Positions 47,204 through 57,742 of a stretch of DNA of 64,000 nt are shown here, in pieces. Each line of letters opens with the position of its first letter. The first letter of the stretch is position 1. The position numbers were made by a program, and so were the translations under genes. Below the pieces are notes generated by a model. That model saw nothing but the letters and a program-made list of their open reading frames with translations. It ran no database searches and was not told the DNA's origin. The stretch is from the NCBI GenBank assembly GCA_038134595.1, contig JAYPVM010000003.1, forward strand, positions 74,131 to 138,130, given 5' to 3'. This DNA comes from Pseudomonadota bacterium (GTDB taxonomy: Bacteria; Bdellovibrionota_C; UBA2361; OMII01).

Positions 47204-47991
47204 GCTACAGGCCTTTGAAGAGTGGAGATAAGTCGTTGCATGAGAGGGTTCTTACTGATGCAACCTGTGAATTCTGTTAACTCGGCTCCACCAAACTCTA
47301 ATTTGAAGCGAGCGATGGCTCGTTTCTCAGGATCCTGACTGTTTGTTGATACGCCCCCGAGGTCGTATGTTGTAAGCCCCTCATTTTTGCAGAATAGAAT
47401 GTCGCTCCAATGTAGAAGGCGATTTGCCATTCCAATAGCGTTTCGTTGTTGTGTATCGCTCATAGAACGGAAATGTGAGGCAGAGTAGAGTAGTCGAGCT
47501 CGACCGATGCTTTGGTCAACGACATAGGCATGGGCCACGGTGGGAGAGCCATTTGGATTAAGAGCGTGAGAGATTAAGAGTGCATTTTGCCGAGCCAGCG
47601 ACTCTAACTTGGAGAGACTACAGTGTGCAATGCCCTTACCTCGCGCAAAAGCGTCGAAAAAGACCTTAAAGTTTCGAAGCGCAGAGGTATCTGGAGACCG
47701 GTTATATACCGGAGAGACGCCGTTTCGCTCTGCTCTTTTTATCTTATAGCGGGTGCTTTTTGAAAGCGCCTGGGCGAGTTGGGATGTGCTTTGCTGAAGT
47801 TGGATAATGCGACTTATAAAAGGTCGAAATCCCTGAATAGGTGTCTTTGCTTGGATGAAGAATGTCACGAGCTCTAGGGGGGCAGACTTTGCAGGATGAT
47901 CGGAGAAATAGTATTCTCTAATTGGTATAAGCGCTTTTTTTCTGGTAGTGGTCAGCATATACTCTCTTCTGTAAAAAATACGAGATGTCAC
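47200..47991 (-). CDS. GNAT/FemAB-like acyltransferase
   Basis: SKSTRYKIKRAER, NRLLHW, YDLGG and FKLEFGG; overlaps the downstream gene by ATGA. Confidence 0.75.
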   Translation of the reverse strand: MTSRIFYRREYMLTTTRKKALIPIREYYFSDHPAKSAPLELVTFFIQAKTPIQGFRPFISRIIQLQQSTSQLAQALSKSTRYKIKRAERNGVSPVYNRSPDTSALRNFKVFFDAFARGKGIAHCSLSKLESLARQNALLISHALNPNGSPTVAHAYVVDQSIGRARLLYSASHFRSMSDTQQRNAIGMANRLLHWSDILFCKNEGLTTYDLGGVSTNSQDPEKRAIARFKLEFGGAELTEFTGCISKNPLMQRLISTLQRPVA

Positions 47992-48178
47992 GGTATCTCA
48001 TAGCTGTTGCGTTTCTTATGAGGGCGAGCAGAGTGAGTAACAGCTCGGTGTTTGTGTATGATTAGGGGAACACCTAGTCGTTGGATAGCTCTAGATGGCG
48101 CGCAGCTTGGGATTTTTTAGGGGGTGTTTGCACAACCTAAGACGTATTAAAGGTGAGTTTGAGGTAAAAGGGCGATAA

Positions 48179-49168
48179 ATGATGAAGAGTTTAGATGTTT
48201 GTGGCTTGTGTAATGGGATAGTTGATATTTTTTTTGACGTATCTCACCACCAGTTTGAGGGGTTAGGTTTTGATAAGGGCTCGATGCGTTTAGTAACGGT
48301 GGACGAGCAAAAAACTCTGCTAGAGGCCGTAAATTCGGAAGCTCCAGTTATGAAGAGTGGGGGGTCTGTAGCAAACTCGATGATTGCGGTTGCCCAGTTG
48401 GGAGGTAAAAGTGCCCTATGCTGCAATCTAGCGGACGATGCATATGGACGGTTTTATCGTCAGGAGTGTCTTGATTTAGGTATGAGAGTTCCCGTTGCGC
48501 TTTCGGCCTCTGGTTCAACGGGCACCTGTGTAGTTTTGATAACCCCCGATGCAGAGCGGACGATGAGAACCTCCTTAGGTCTGGCGACAGAACTTGCTTC
48601 CCAGCATGTAGATAAGGCCACCATAAAAGATTCCAAGTGGCTTTTTGTTGAGGGGTATGTATTTTCAAATTCCGATAATGCAATAGTTGCCATCACCGAA
48701 GCTATCAAAACCGCAAAAGAGTCCGACACAAAAGTGGCACTTACTTGCTCGGATGCGTGGGTCGTATCGGGCTTTGATGCGCCTCTTAGAAAGGCGTTGG
48801 AATCTACGGCATTGATTTTTGCAAATGAGCAGGAGGCACAAGCACTGACGCACGCCGAGAGTGTGGTTGATGCGGGACAAATTCTGAAGCAAGACTTTCC
48901 GTTTGTTGTTTTGACGGCTGGCTCTAAAGGAGCGCACATTTGGTGGGAAGGAGAGGAGTTTCATGTTCCGGCCTTTGATTGTGAACCTAGAGACCTTACT
49001 GGGGCTGGGGATATGTTTGCTGGTACTTTCCTCTATGGGATTACCCATGGGTTGACCCCTGTAGACGCTGCCCACAGGGCGTGTTTTCTTTCCAGTAGAG
49101 TTATCTCTCAGGTAGGGGCCCGATTAGAAGGAGATATTCGCTCCTTATGGGGTAGTTGTTCGCAATAG
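48179..49168 (+). CDS. PfkB-family kinase (adenosine kinase-like)
   Basis: GGSVANS, TPDAERTM, FANEQEA and DLTGAGDMFAG. Confidence 0.9.
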   Translation: MMKSLDVCGLCNGIVDIFFDVSHHQFEGLGFDKGSMRLVTVDEQKTLLEAVNSEAPVMKSGGSVANSMIAVAQLGGKSALCCNLADDAYGRFYRQECLDLGMRVPVALSASGSTGTCVVLITPDAERTMRTSLGLATELASQHVDKATIKDSKWLFVEGYVFSNSDNAIVAITEAIKTAKESDTKVALTCSDAWVVSGFDAPLRKALESTALIFANEQEAQALTHAESVVDAGQILKQDFPFVVLTAGSKGAHIWWEGEEFHVPAFDCEPRDLTGAGDMFAGTFLYGITHGLTPVDAAHRACFLSSRVISQVGARLEGDIRSLWGSCSQ

Positions 49169-49456
49169 CTCTTAAATGTTAACCGGTTATCTACGCAACT
49201 TGCTAGATATACGGATTTTTTAGGCGTGATAATCGTTTATTGTTAGGTCACGCCGTATCAGTTCGCCTTCATACCCATACGTATCGACTTGTTTGTTTTC
49301 GATGCAATGTGTTCGTTAATACAAGCTAGCCGGGGTGGTGATTTTGTAGCTCTGCGGTCCGTTCGTTTTAGATTGGATCGTGTGGTAAAATCTACATATA
49401 GGACGGGGAGTGCGTGCTCTCTGATTAACCTTGGGCGGCAGCGGAGTGAATTGGAT

Positions 49457-50644
49457 ATGGCTAATTTCGATGATTCAAAGTTTTTAGGGTTCTCTCCCAA
49501 GGCGTTAGGCTTAATTGTAGTGGCAGGTCTTGCGGTTATTGGGCTCTTCTTTATGCCGGAGACGCTTAAGTTTCTCTTTGATGCTCGAGTGGATGCAAAG
49601 TCAACAGTGGCAAAGAAGTCTGATACTACGCCGGATGATGTGCGAGCATCGCTCGCGCAGAGATCGTTGGCCAGTTTAGAAGGGGTAAAACGCACATCAC
49701 CAGCCGAGGATAAGGAACGACCAAAGAGAGGACCCGTGGTGGAGTCTAAGACAAAGGATTCCGGTGGAATCCTTTCGGGTTTAGACTTCTCGATTCCGGC
49801 CAGCCGAGCGGGAGGTGCTAAGTCAATTGAAGCTCCGGAAGGCTTGAAGTTTGATGGGCTTGTTTCTAGAGAAGGGCTGAAGTTTTTGCAGGACTCCCGA
49901 AAGGTTATTGTGGGCTTTCAGAGAAAGAACCGCATTTCGGCAGTTATGTCGGGCGAGGCGATATCAAAATTAACTCAGGTTATGCGTCGGATAGGTTCTG
50001 GCAACGTCGGTGAGATGTCGGAGGAGTCTCAGGGAATCGCTTTAAAGCGGGCTCATGTGGATGCTCTAAAAGCTCTTTATCAAGACTATCATGATCGGGG
50101 CTTATTGCTTCGGTGGCTTGGTATAGGGGCTATTTCATTCATTGATAGTCAGGGTGGAGTCAATGCGCGGCAAAAGATAGCAGAGGCTTTTTGGCCCTCA
50201 TTTTACCTCTCTGATGTTGATATTCGACAGCCGCGCTATAACGGATCCGCTGTAAGTGCGAGATATCCAGCGAGGCTTCGAGGCAAAATCAGCATTACAG
50301 GTTCCGACATATCGAAGGTGGAGGTCTATGCTAACGGTCAATTGATTAATACCCATAAAGGCGCGCACCAAGGCGGCGTTTCTAGTCGTACCGTAGCTTT
50401 CAACGGTGATGCATATGGATTTTGGACAATTGTTGCATATGACAAATATGGACAACGCCCAGTTTCAAAAACGTATTCGTTTTATCCAAGGGTGAGTGTT
50501 TTTACTAAAGATAGTCGAGGACGATACGAAATTGGCTTTCTGCCGGGAAGTGCAGATAATTCTCTGGATAGATTCTTCCTGGTTGGAAGCTCAGTGAGTC
50601 ATCAAGGTGCATCTTCAAGCGATGCTATGGTATCGATTTTCTAG
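49457..50644 (+). CDS. Hypothetical membrane-anchored protein
   Basis: One N-terminal TM and a C-terminal Ig-like pattern (ISKVEVYANG...IVAYD.YG). GGAG RBS before ATG 49457. Confidence 0.65.
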   Translation: MANFDDSKFLGFSPKALGLIVVAGLAVIGLFFMPETLKFLFDARVDAKSTVAKKSDTTPDDVRASLAQRSLASLEGVKRTSPAEDKERPKRGPVVESKTKDSGGILSGLDFSIPASRAGGAKSIEAPEGLKFDGLVSREGLKFLQDSRKVIVGFQRKNRISAVMSGEAISKLTQVMRRIGSGNVGEMSEESQGIALKRAHVDALKALYQDYHDRGLLLRWLGIGAISFIDSQGGVNARQKIAEAFWPSFYLSDVDIRQPRYNGSAVSARYPARLRGKISITGSDISKVEVYANGQLINTHKGAHQGGVSSRTVAFNGDAYGFWTIVAYDKYGQRPVSKTYSFYPRVSVFTKDSRGRYEIGFLPGSADNSLDRFFLVGSSVSHQGASSSDAMVSIF

Positions 50645-50645
50645 G

Positions 50646-51416
50646 TTAATAGTCTACCGAGTGTAGGCTTTCACTGATTCGAATAAGCTCCATCCACTGT
50701 TCCTTCTTTATACTGGCTCCGCCAACGAGTGCTCCACCAACGGGATCTAGTGATAATATGGCTTCAGCGTTTGAAGGATTAACGCTACCGCCATAGAGGA
50801 CAGTTGGGATAGTGGAGAATCCCGCTTCACTACAAAGTTTATGGACGAAGTCGTGAGTAGTTTTAATTTCGTCCTGTGAGGCAACGTTGCCTGTTCCGAT
50901 CGCCCATACGGGCTCGTATGCCAAGATGATTTTTGAGAAGTCTTCGTCGCTTAAATCTTCAAAAATCGGGGCTAGTTGGTGAGTCAATACCTGCTCGGTC
51001 TGATTCTCCTGACGCTCATCCTCGGTTTCGCCGATACAGATGACTGGAGTTAGATTGCAAGAAAGTGCTGCACGCATTCTCTTTGCGACGGTTTCAGAGG
51101 TCTCTCCGAAGAGAGCCCGCCGCTCTGAATGGCCCAGGATTACGAACGTTGCTCCGATATCCTTAAGCGCTTTCGGCGATGTCTCCCCCGTGAATGCGCC
51201 GGAAATTTCCCAGTGAGAGTTTTGGCCCCCAACGTCAATTGGACTACCTTTGATTGCATTGACAACTCCAGGTAGCGAAAGAAGTGATGGCGCCATCCAC
51301 ACTGATGTTCGTACCAAAGATGGGAGGCTCTGAGTGATCGAACCCGCGAAGATAGACGCCTCCGACGGCGTGAGGTTCATTTTCCAGTTTCCAATAAGTA
51401 ATGTCGGCTTCTTCAA
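50646..51416 (-). CDS. tpiA: Triosephosphate isomerase
   Basis: GNWKMN, GAFTGE, GHSERR, AYEPVWAIGTG and YGGSV. Confidence 0.98.
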   Translation of the reverse strand: MKKPTLLIGNWKMNLTPSEASIFAGSITQSLPSLVRTSVWMAPSLLSLPGVVNAIKGSPIDVGGQNSHWEISGAFTGETSPKALKDIGATFVILGHSERRALFGETSETVAKRMRAALSCNLTPVICIGETEDERQENQTEQVLTHQLAPIFEDLSDEDFSKIILAYEPVWAIGTGNVASQDEIKTTHDFVHKLCSEAGFSTIPTVLYGGSVNPSNAEAILSLDPVGGALVGGASIKKEQWMELIRISESLHSVDY

Positions 51417-51516
51417 GAGCTATCTCCTTGAGGAATCTTGTTTTTCTTTCAAAGCGGCTTGTATTAAAGACCACAGGAAGATAAGTGCTTTGCGCCTCTC
51501 TCCCTGTGGTGCGTTT

Positions 51517-52530
51517 TTACAGTGATGAACCAACCATCTCCGCTACGTCGCACATTCGCGCAGAGAATCCCATCTCGTTATCGTACCATGCTACCACCTT
51601 AGCGAGTCGCTTCCCTACTACCATAGTGCTTAGGGAGTCGACTATTGATGAGTGGGTGTCTCCGGTGTAGTCAATCGAGACAAGCGGCTCGGTAGAGAAG
51701 CCAAGGATTCCTTTGAGGGTGTTTTCGCTCGCACTCTGAAGGGCTCGATTTAGCTCTTCAACCGTCACATCTTGTCCCAGTTCCGCAACGAAATCTACAA
51801 CAGACACATCCGGAGTAGGTACTCGAATTGCGAATCCGTCGACCTTGCCTTTCAACTCTGGGATAACTAGTCCCACAGCTTTTGCGGCTCCGGTTGTTGT
51901 CGGAATCATAGACAGATTAGCTGCCCGAGCTCTACGGAGATCTTTGTGGGGTAGATCCAAAATCTGCTGGTCGTTGGTGTACGAGTGGATAGTAGTCATC
52001 GTTCCCTTGAGAATTCCGAAGTTCTCTTCAAGTACTTTGGCCACTGGAGCAAGGCAGTTTGTAGTGCACGAGGCATTACTTATGATATTGTGTTCTGCAG
52101 GCTTGTAGTCTCCGTGGTTCACCCCAAAGGCGAGCGTTAAATCTGGGTCGGTTGCCGGGGCAGAGATGAGCACCTTTTTTGCACCCCCTTGAAGGTGTAA
52201 GGAAGCCTTCTCTTTGGAAGTAAAAATCCCGGTGCATTCTAATACGATGTCAGCTTCGAGCGTTTGCCATGGAAGTTTGGCAGGGTCTCGTTCAGCTAAG
52301 ATCTTTATCTGGTCTCCATTAACGGAGATGTATCCATCGCCAGCCTCTACAGTTCCAGGAAATCGACCGTGTACTGAGTCATATTTTAAAAGATGGGCCA
52401 ATGTTTTCGGGTCTGTGAGGTCATTAATAGCTACGACCTTCAGCGCTTTAGACTGCTTGTTTGTGTATAGTTGGCGAAGGATGTTTCGACCGATTCGTCC
52501 AAATCCATTAATCGCGAGTCCGATAGTCAT
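51517..52530 (-). CDS. gap: Glyceraldehyde-3-phosphate dehydrogenase, type I
   Basis: [19 protein letters not shown] and WYDNE. Confidence 0.99.
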   Translation of the reverse strand: MTIGLAINGFGRIGRNILRQLYTNKQSKALKVVAINDLTDPKTLAHLLKYDSVHGRFPGTVEAGDGYISVNGDQIKILAERDPAKLPWQTLEADIVLECTGIFTSKEKASLHLQGGAKKVLISAPATDPDLTLAFGVNHGDYKPAEHNIISNASCTTNCLAPVAKVLEENFGILKGTMTTIHSYTNDQQILDLPHKDLRRARAANLSMIPTTTGAAKAVGLVIPELKGKVDGFAIRVPTPDVSVVDFVAELGQDVTVEELNRALQSASENTLKGILGFSTEPLVSIDYTGDTHSSIVDSLSTMVVGKRLAKVVAWYDNEMGFSARMCDVAEMVGSSL

Positions 52531-53034
52531 ATGACAACTCCTTATAGTTTTTCTTTCAGGAGCCCTTTATAGCCCTCATTGAGAAAAAAGGGAACAGTCA
52601 GCGGGAATTGTTGGGTATATCTACATGTCTGCCATTGAAAGGAGAATGGAGCGCAAGAGGTGGTTTTAAGCATGCCCTACAAGTCTTTTAGGGATGTTTT
52701 ATGGCCAACGGGGCGGTGTGGACGAGCGGGTGCCTAGGGTGAGGCCACGTGAACAGATTTTGCTGGTGGCTACAAGGACTCTGACTGGTGTCTTGCCATG
52801 GATTATGGCATAGTTACGCCTAGTAGTATGGGATAAATGTGTTTGACGCTCGTACGTGCTCTCTCTCTTTGTTTTTTGTTTAGTTTAGAGCGCCGGTGCT
52901 TGTGATTATTGCTGATGAAAGCTTGCTAATAGCTTTGAAAAGTTTGTGCTTATGGCTTTTAAGGGAAAAGCCATAAGCGATAGGAAGAGGCGGCAGGGAA
53001 AAGAGAATGCGGCGCTTGTTTGGAGGAATAAATA

Positions 53035-53739
53035 GTGGATTCGGCACCAGTAATTGAATCGGCAGGTATGTTTAGTATGATCGTAGGCTCAGGCCTGGTT
53101 GTGCAGAGCGTGTTAATCATCTTAATTGCCCTCTCGGTGGGTAGCTGGGCTATCACGATAGCAAAGGCCCTTAAATTTAGGCAGGCCAAAGCAAATTCAG
53201 ATGAGTTTGCAAAAGTTTTTTGGGATAGTCGAAATTTCACGCGAATTGATGAGTCCTCCAAGCAGCTTGAGGCGAGCCCTTTGGTTTCCGTGTTTTCTTC
53301 GGGTTACAGAGAGCTTTTGCATACCGTACAGGAGATGAAGCGCAACTCCGATTCGGGTGTGGTAGATTTGGGCGTTGAGCTGGGCACGGTTGAGCGAGCG
53401 TTGAGGCGCGCTGAGCTAGAGGAGACGCACCGTTTAGAGCGAGGGGTCACATTTCTAGCAAGTGTAGCTAGCGCGGCTCCGTTTATTGGTCTTTTCGGTA
53501 CGGTGTGGGGCATCATGAACGCCTTTCATGGACTCAGTCAAGCGAAGAGCTCCACCATCCAAGCGGTCGCTCCGGGTATTTCGGAGGCATTAGTCGCCAC
53601 TGCAGTTGGCTTGGCTGCGGCGATTCCGGCTGCCATTGCATTTAATTACTTTACGGCATCGATTAAAAAATTTAGGCAGCTAATGGATGGATTTTCAGAG
53701 GAGTTTTTGAATATCGCCAGGCGGTATTTCGTTAAATAG
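53035..53739 (+). CDS. tolQ: Tol-Pal system protein TolQ
   Basis: APFIGLFGTVWGIM and VAPGISEALVATAVGL; Tol-Pal context. Confidence 0.95.
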   Translation: MDSAPVIESAGMFSMIVGSGLVVQSVLIILIALSVGSWAITIAKALKFRQAKANSDEFAKVFWDSRNFTRIDESSKQLEASPLVSVFSSGYRELLHTVQEMKRNSDSGVVDLGVELGTVERALRRAELEETHRLERGVTFLASVASAAPFIGLFGTVWGIMNAFHGLSQAKSSTIQAVAPGISEALVATAVGLAAAIPAAIAFNYFTASIKKFRQLMDGFSEEFLNIARRYFVK

Positions 53740-53754
53740 AGGGTAGGAGGAGCT

Positions 53755-54183
53755 ATGGCGGGTAACTTCGGTGGAGATGATACTGGGCCAATGGCCGCTA
53801 TTAACGTAACGCCACTTGTAGATGTTATGTTAGTTTTGCTGGTCATCTTTATGGTCACTGCCCCGATGCTACAGCAGGGGGTAGAGGTAGATCTTCCAAA
53901 AGCTTCCACAGGGCCTTTACGGGGCTCGCAGGAGCAGATTGTCATATCTATCGATAAGGCTGGTAGTGTCTTTGTGGGCTCTGGGAATCAGGTTGCGATT
54001 GACGCTCTTGCGCCCAAGGTAAAAGCTATATTTGCAAACAGGCCCTCCGAAGAGCGAAAGGTATATATTAAAGGTGATTCTGAGTTGGGATACGGGCGTA
54101 TAATGGAAGTTATGGGAGCCCTTCATGCTGGGGGAATAACGCAGATTGGATTAGTTTCAGCGTCACCTGATGGAAAGCGTTAG
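53755..54183 (+). CDS. tolR: Tol-Pal system protein TolR
   Basis: INVTPLVDVMLVLLVIFMVTAP and V.VDLP. Confidence 0.95.
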   Translation: MAGNFGGDDTGPMAAINVTPLVDVMLVLLVIFMVTAPMLQQGVEVDLPKASTGPLRGSQEQIVISIDKAGSVFVGSGNQVAIDALAPKVKAIFANRPSEERKVYIKGDSELGYGRIMEVMGALHAGGITQIGLVSASPDGKR

Positions 54184-54194
54184 GGTTTTAGGTT

Positions 54195-55052
54195 GTGCGA
54201 TCGGTGATGGTACGTGCACGTAGAGACGACTATTGGAACACAGGCCTGTGGCTTTCGGTGCTTGGCCATGTGCTGGTTCTTATTGTAGTAGTACTGAGAG
54301 TGTTTCCTAATTTCGGAAGAGTGCCGCCACCTGTAGTTTATTCGATTTCGCTCGAGAGTGGGAAGTCTTTGGGTGGAAGAAGTCAAATCCCGAAAGATAA
54401 AAAAAAGTCCACATTGGCCCCGGTTAAAAAAGCCTCTGAGAAGCAGGCGGTGGTAAGAGCAGACAAAAATAAATCTTCCGTCAAAGAGCAGACTCCTAAG
54501 CAGGTTGCTCCACCAAAGAAGAAGGTCTCTCAAAAAAAGGAGTCGGTCAAAAAGGTTTCGGCGACAAAGGCCACGAAGAAGGTCGTTTCGAAAGAGAAGG
54601 TGAGTAAGAAGGCTCCACAGAAGAAAGTTTCAAAGCCTCAAGTAGAGGATGTCGATAAACGCCTCCAGTCAGCTCTCCAGCGCTATTTGGGAGAGTCCTC
54701 GCAAGGTGGCGGTAAGGGGTTTGGTGCGGCTAAAGTTGGTGGTAAAGGGATGGGAGGCGGGCTGGTGCGTCCACCAGAGTTCTTCGTCTATGAAAAAATT
54801 GTTCGGGGCAGAATAAAGGATGCTTGGAGGTGGTATAATGGCAATGCTACGTTGATTACTGTAATAGCATTTCATATTGAGCCTGATGGTATGATTAAAA
54901 ACGTACGGTTGGTTAAGAGCTCTGGCGATGATAGTTTTGATGAATCCGTTTTAAGAGCGGCGAGTAAAGCCAGCCCTTTGCCAGCGCCTCCTACGAGTGT
55001 ATACGAGCAATACTTTAAAGAGGTTAGGATTACATTTGATCCGAGAGATTAA
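54195..55052 (+). CDS. tolA: TolA (TonB/TolA C-terminal domain)
   Basis: TM with S...H motif, Lys-rich linker and SSG...FDESVLRA..KASPLPAPP; lies between tolR and tolB. Confidence 0.85.
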   Translation: MRSVMVRARRDDYWNTGLWLSVLGHVLVLIVVVLRVFPNFGRVPPPVVYSISLESGKSLGGRSQIPKDKKKSTLAPVKKASEKQAVVRADKNKSSVKEQTPKQVAPPKKKVSQKKESVKKVSATKATKKVVSKEKVSKKAPQKKVSKPQVEDVDKRLQSALQRYLGESSQGGGKGFGAAKVGGKGMGGGLVRPPEFFVYEKIVRGRIKDAWRWYNGNATLITVIAFHIEPDGMIKNVRLVKSSGDDSFDESVLRAASKASPLPAPPTSVYEQYFKEVRITFDPRD

Positions 55053-55082
55053 CTATAAACTGATAAGAAAAGGAGCGGGATT

Positions 55083-56390
55083 ATGAGAAACGGATGGCGA
55101 CGTTGGATAGGCGCATTCTGTCTGGCAATTCTTCTCCATACAGTTACTGATGCCCGGGGGCAAACGGATTTATATGTTCGTGGAGCCGGTAGATTAATTC
55201 CCCTAGCGGTACAGACGCTTTGTATTGATGGCGTAGACACTGGACCCGAAACGCGAGTACCAACTACTGTTAGTAAAGACTTGGATGTATCGGGATATTT
55301 TGAATTGTTGAGCTCTAAGAGTTTTATCGAAGGTGTTTCTAAGTGTCGTTCGGATGCCACTACCTATTCGGATTGGAGTGTGTTGGGTGTTGAGGGGGTA
55401 ATTAAGGGGCATGTCAGTGGTGAGCGAGGTAACCTCCAAGTCCAACTGTTTTTGCATGATGTTCAAAAACAAATGGTTGTACTTGCCAAGCAATACCAGG
55501 GCAGTTGGGCACAACTGCAAGATATGGGGCATCGATTTGCCAATGAAGTAGTGAGATTTTATACCGGATTGCCGGGGGTTTTTGGTACAAAGATTGCGTT
55601 CTCTTCTCGAGTTGGCCGATTTAAGGAGCTTTTTGTCATGGGGATGGATGGCTCTGGCCTTAAGCAACTGACCAATGATAGAGGGCTTGCGTTGTCGCCA
55701 GCTTGGAATCCAGCAGGTGATCAGATTGTGTTCACATCATATCGAAACCGAGTGCCAGATCTGTTCTTGTACGATCTTTCGAGTGGAAGGATTAGCCGTC
55801 TGACAAAAAGCAAGGAGTTGGAGGTTGGAGCGCACTTTTTGAATGCAAATCAGGTCGTATATTCTCGAGCGGAGGGTGCCGACAGCGATATTGTAGTCAT
55901 GAATCTTGACGGGAGTGGACTTAGGCGCCTAACCCCTAAAAACAGGGCAATTGATGTTTCCCCGGTTCCGACATTGGATGGCTCCAGAATAGCATTCTGT
56001 TCTAATCGGGGTGGGAGTCCACAGATCTATGTGATGGATGCTGATGGTTCGAATGTTCGTAGGGTTAGTTTTGGCGCATCATCCTATTGTACCTCTCCTG
56101 CGTGGTCACCGGACGGAAATAAGATAGCGTTTGTTTGTCGTGCCGATCGTGGTTTTAACATATTTGTCAGCAATTCTGACGGCTCTCAACCGGTGCAACT
56201 GACAAGTTACGGCGATAACGAGGATCCTGAGTTCTCCCCTGATGGTAGGTATCTTACATTCGCAACTACACAGTTCGGCGGGGGATTTAGCTTGGCCATA
56301 ATGCAGGTCGACGGGACGAGCGTTAGGCGAATCAGTAGCAGTCGGGGTGGGGATTTTGAACCTACATGGTCCTCATCAGCGGGCGGATAA
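55083..56390 (+). CDS. tolB: Tol-Pal beta-propeller protein TolB
   Basis: HRFANEV...TG.PGVF.TKIAF and PD40 repeats (SPAWSPDG). Confidence 0.95.
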   Translation: MRNGWRRWIGAFCLAILLHTVTDARGQTDLYVRGAGRLIPLAVQTLCIDGVDTGPETRVPTTVSKDLDVSGYFELLSSKSFIEGVSKCRSDATTYSDWSVLGVEGVIKGHVSGERGNLQVQLFLHDVQKQMVVLAKQYQGSWAQLQDMGHRFANEVVRFYTGLPGVFGTKIAFSSRVGRFKELFVMGMDGSGLKQLTNDRGLALSPAWNPAGDQIVFTSYRNRVPDLFLYDLSSGRISRLTKSKELEVGAHFLNANQVVYSRAEGADSDIVVMNLDGSGLRRLTPKNRAIDVSPVPTLDGSRIAFCSNRGGSPQIYVMDADGSNVRRVSFGASSYCTSPAWSPDGNKIAFVCRADRGFNIFVSNSDGSQPVQLTSYGDNEDPEFSPDGRYLTFATTQFGGGFSLAIMQVDGTSVRRISSSRGGDFEPTWSSSAGG

Positions 56391-56839
56391 CTCAGCACAG
56401 GTTGGAACAATTTATGTGCCTGGAAAGCGTACTATTTGGGCATAATCATGCCGTTGTTGTTTAAATGCACGATAACCTGTTGCAATAATAACGATTGTCG
56501 GGTATCTGATCACTTGTCGGAAAAACGACAATAGTGGGAAAGATTATTGGTTTCACGGCAAAGCAAAATTGTTAAGCCATTTGTGAGCGGAGCTATTTTG
56601 ATAGTGCGTGAAAAGCTTGTCAGAAAGACCTAAATAAGGTGTATCGAGAGGCAGGGCTGTGGTTAGTGGTTTATGTCATGGAGCGTGAACCAGCAGAGCC
56701 GTGTCTTTCGGGCCATTTTAGTAACGTTAGACTGAGTTTTGCGAAAAAGACACCACTTCAAGTTGGTGTCGAACGCAGAAGCGCTTACCGGTAGTTTTCT
56801 TTATGCTGTTGTGATCATTTCAGGAGGAAGGATTAACCT

Positions 56840-57274
56840 ATGCGAAGTTTAAAAACGATTGCAGTTTGTGTTTTAGCGATTGTTGCGACTGGTTGTTCGT
56901 GCAGAACATCTACGAGCGGCAATATTGGTACGGCCTCATCGGATGGGCCACTGACAGATGTTCATTTTGCCTTTGATTCATATAAGCTTGATGCATCTGC
57001 AAAGGCTACTTTGAAAGCTAATGCTGAGTGGCTGGAAGAGAATGATGGCCACTCTGTGCAAGTCGAAGGGCACTGTGACGAGCGTGGTACAAATGAGTAC
57101 AACATGGTTCTTGGTGAAAATCGAGCAAGAGCCGCCGCTGATTATCTACGGTCACTAGGTGTTGACTCTGAGTCTATCAGTACCGTTAGCTACGGGGAGG
57201 AGTTGCCTCTCGATCCAGCTCATAACGTTGAGGCGTGGGCTAAAAATCGAAGAGCTCACTTCAAGGTTCAGTAG
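56840..57274 (+). CDS. pal: Peptidoglycan-associated lipoprotein
   Basis: Lipobox ATGC, VHFAFDS, EGHCDERGTNEYNMVLGENRA, SYGEE.P and NRR. Confidence 0.97.
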   Translation: MRSLKTIAVCVLAIVATGCSCRTSTSGNIGTASSDGPLTDVHFAFDSYKLDASAKATLKANAEWLEENDGHSVQVEGHCDERGTNEYNMVLGENRARAAADYLRSLGVDSESISTVSYGEELPLDPAHNVEAWAKNRRAHFKVQ

Positions 57275-57319
57275 TAGGGTGATATTGTTGCAATAAGCTT
57301 ATTGTAACACACTCTATGT

Positions 57320-57368
57320 AAGACCAGCAGGCCAGCTAGCTTAGCTAAGGCCTGCTGGTCTTTTTTTT
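57320..57368 (+). terminator. Rho-independent terminator after pal
   Basis: AGACCAGCAGGCC/GGCCTGCTGGTCT 13-bp stem followed by a T-tract. Confidence 0.9.
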
Positions 57369-57742
57369 ATTCTATAGTAATCATCTCTATGGCGCGCAAC
57401 TTCTTGGCTTGATTGATATGTATGCGACCCTCAGATTTATCTGATATGATTTTGCAGCACACCTGCGGCAAAGGTCTAAGGATTCGGATTGAGGCGTTAG
57501 GCAAGGTAATTATCTTGAGCGCCTCTTTATACACATGGCTGGATATTGCTTAGCCCGTACGTGCCGCTCAGTGATGCTGTTTTGGGGATATGATTTGGTC
57601 TTGGTTTCCCCGTAGTTTGCCAATCGTATTATTACTAACGGTGTGGGATTTCTGCATGGCCACAATTAATGTAAGCTAGCAAGAGAGTAGATGGCACAAT
57701 AAAGGACCGCAGAAATCTTGAGAAAATAGATCGGAAGTATAA

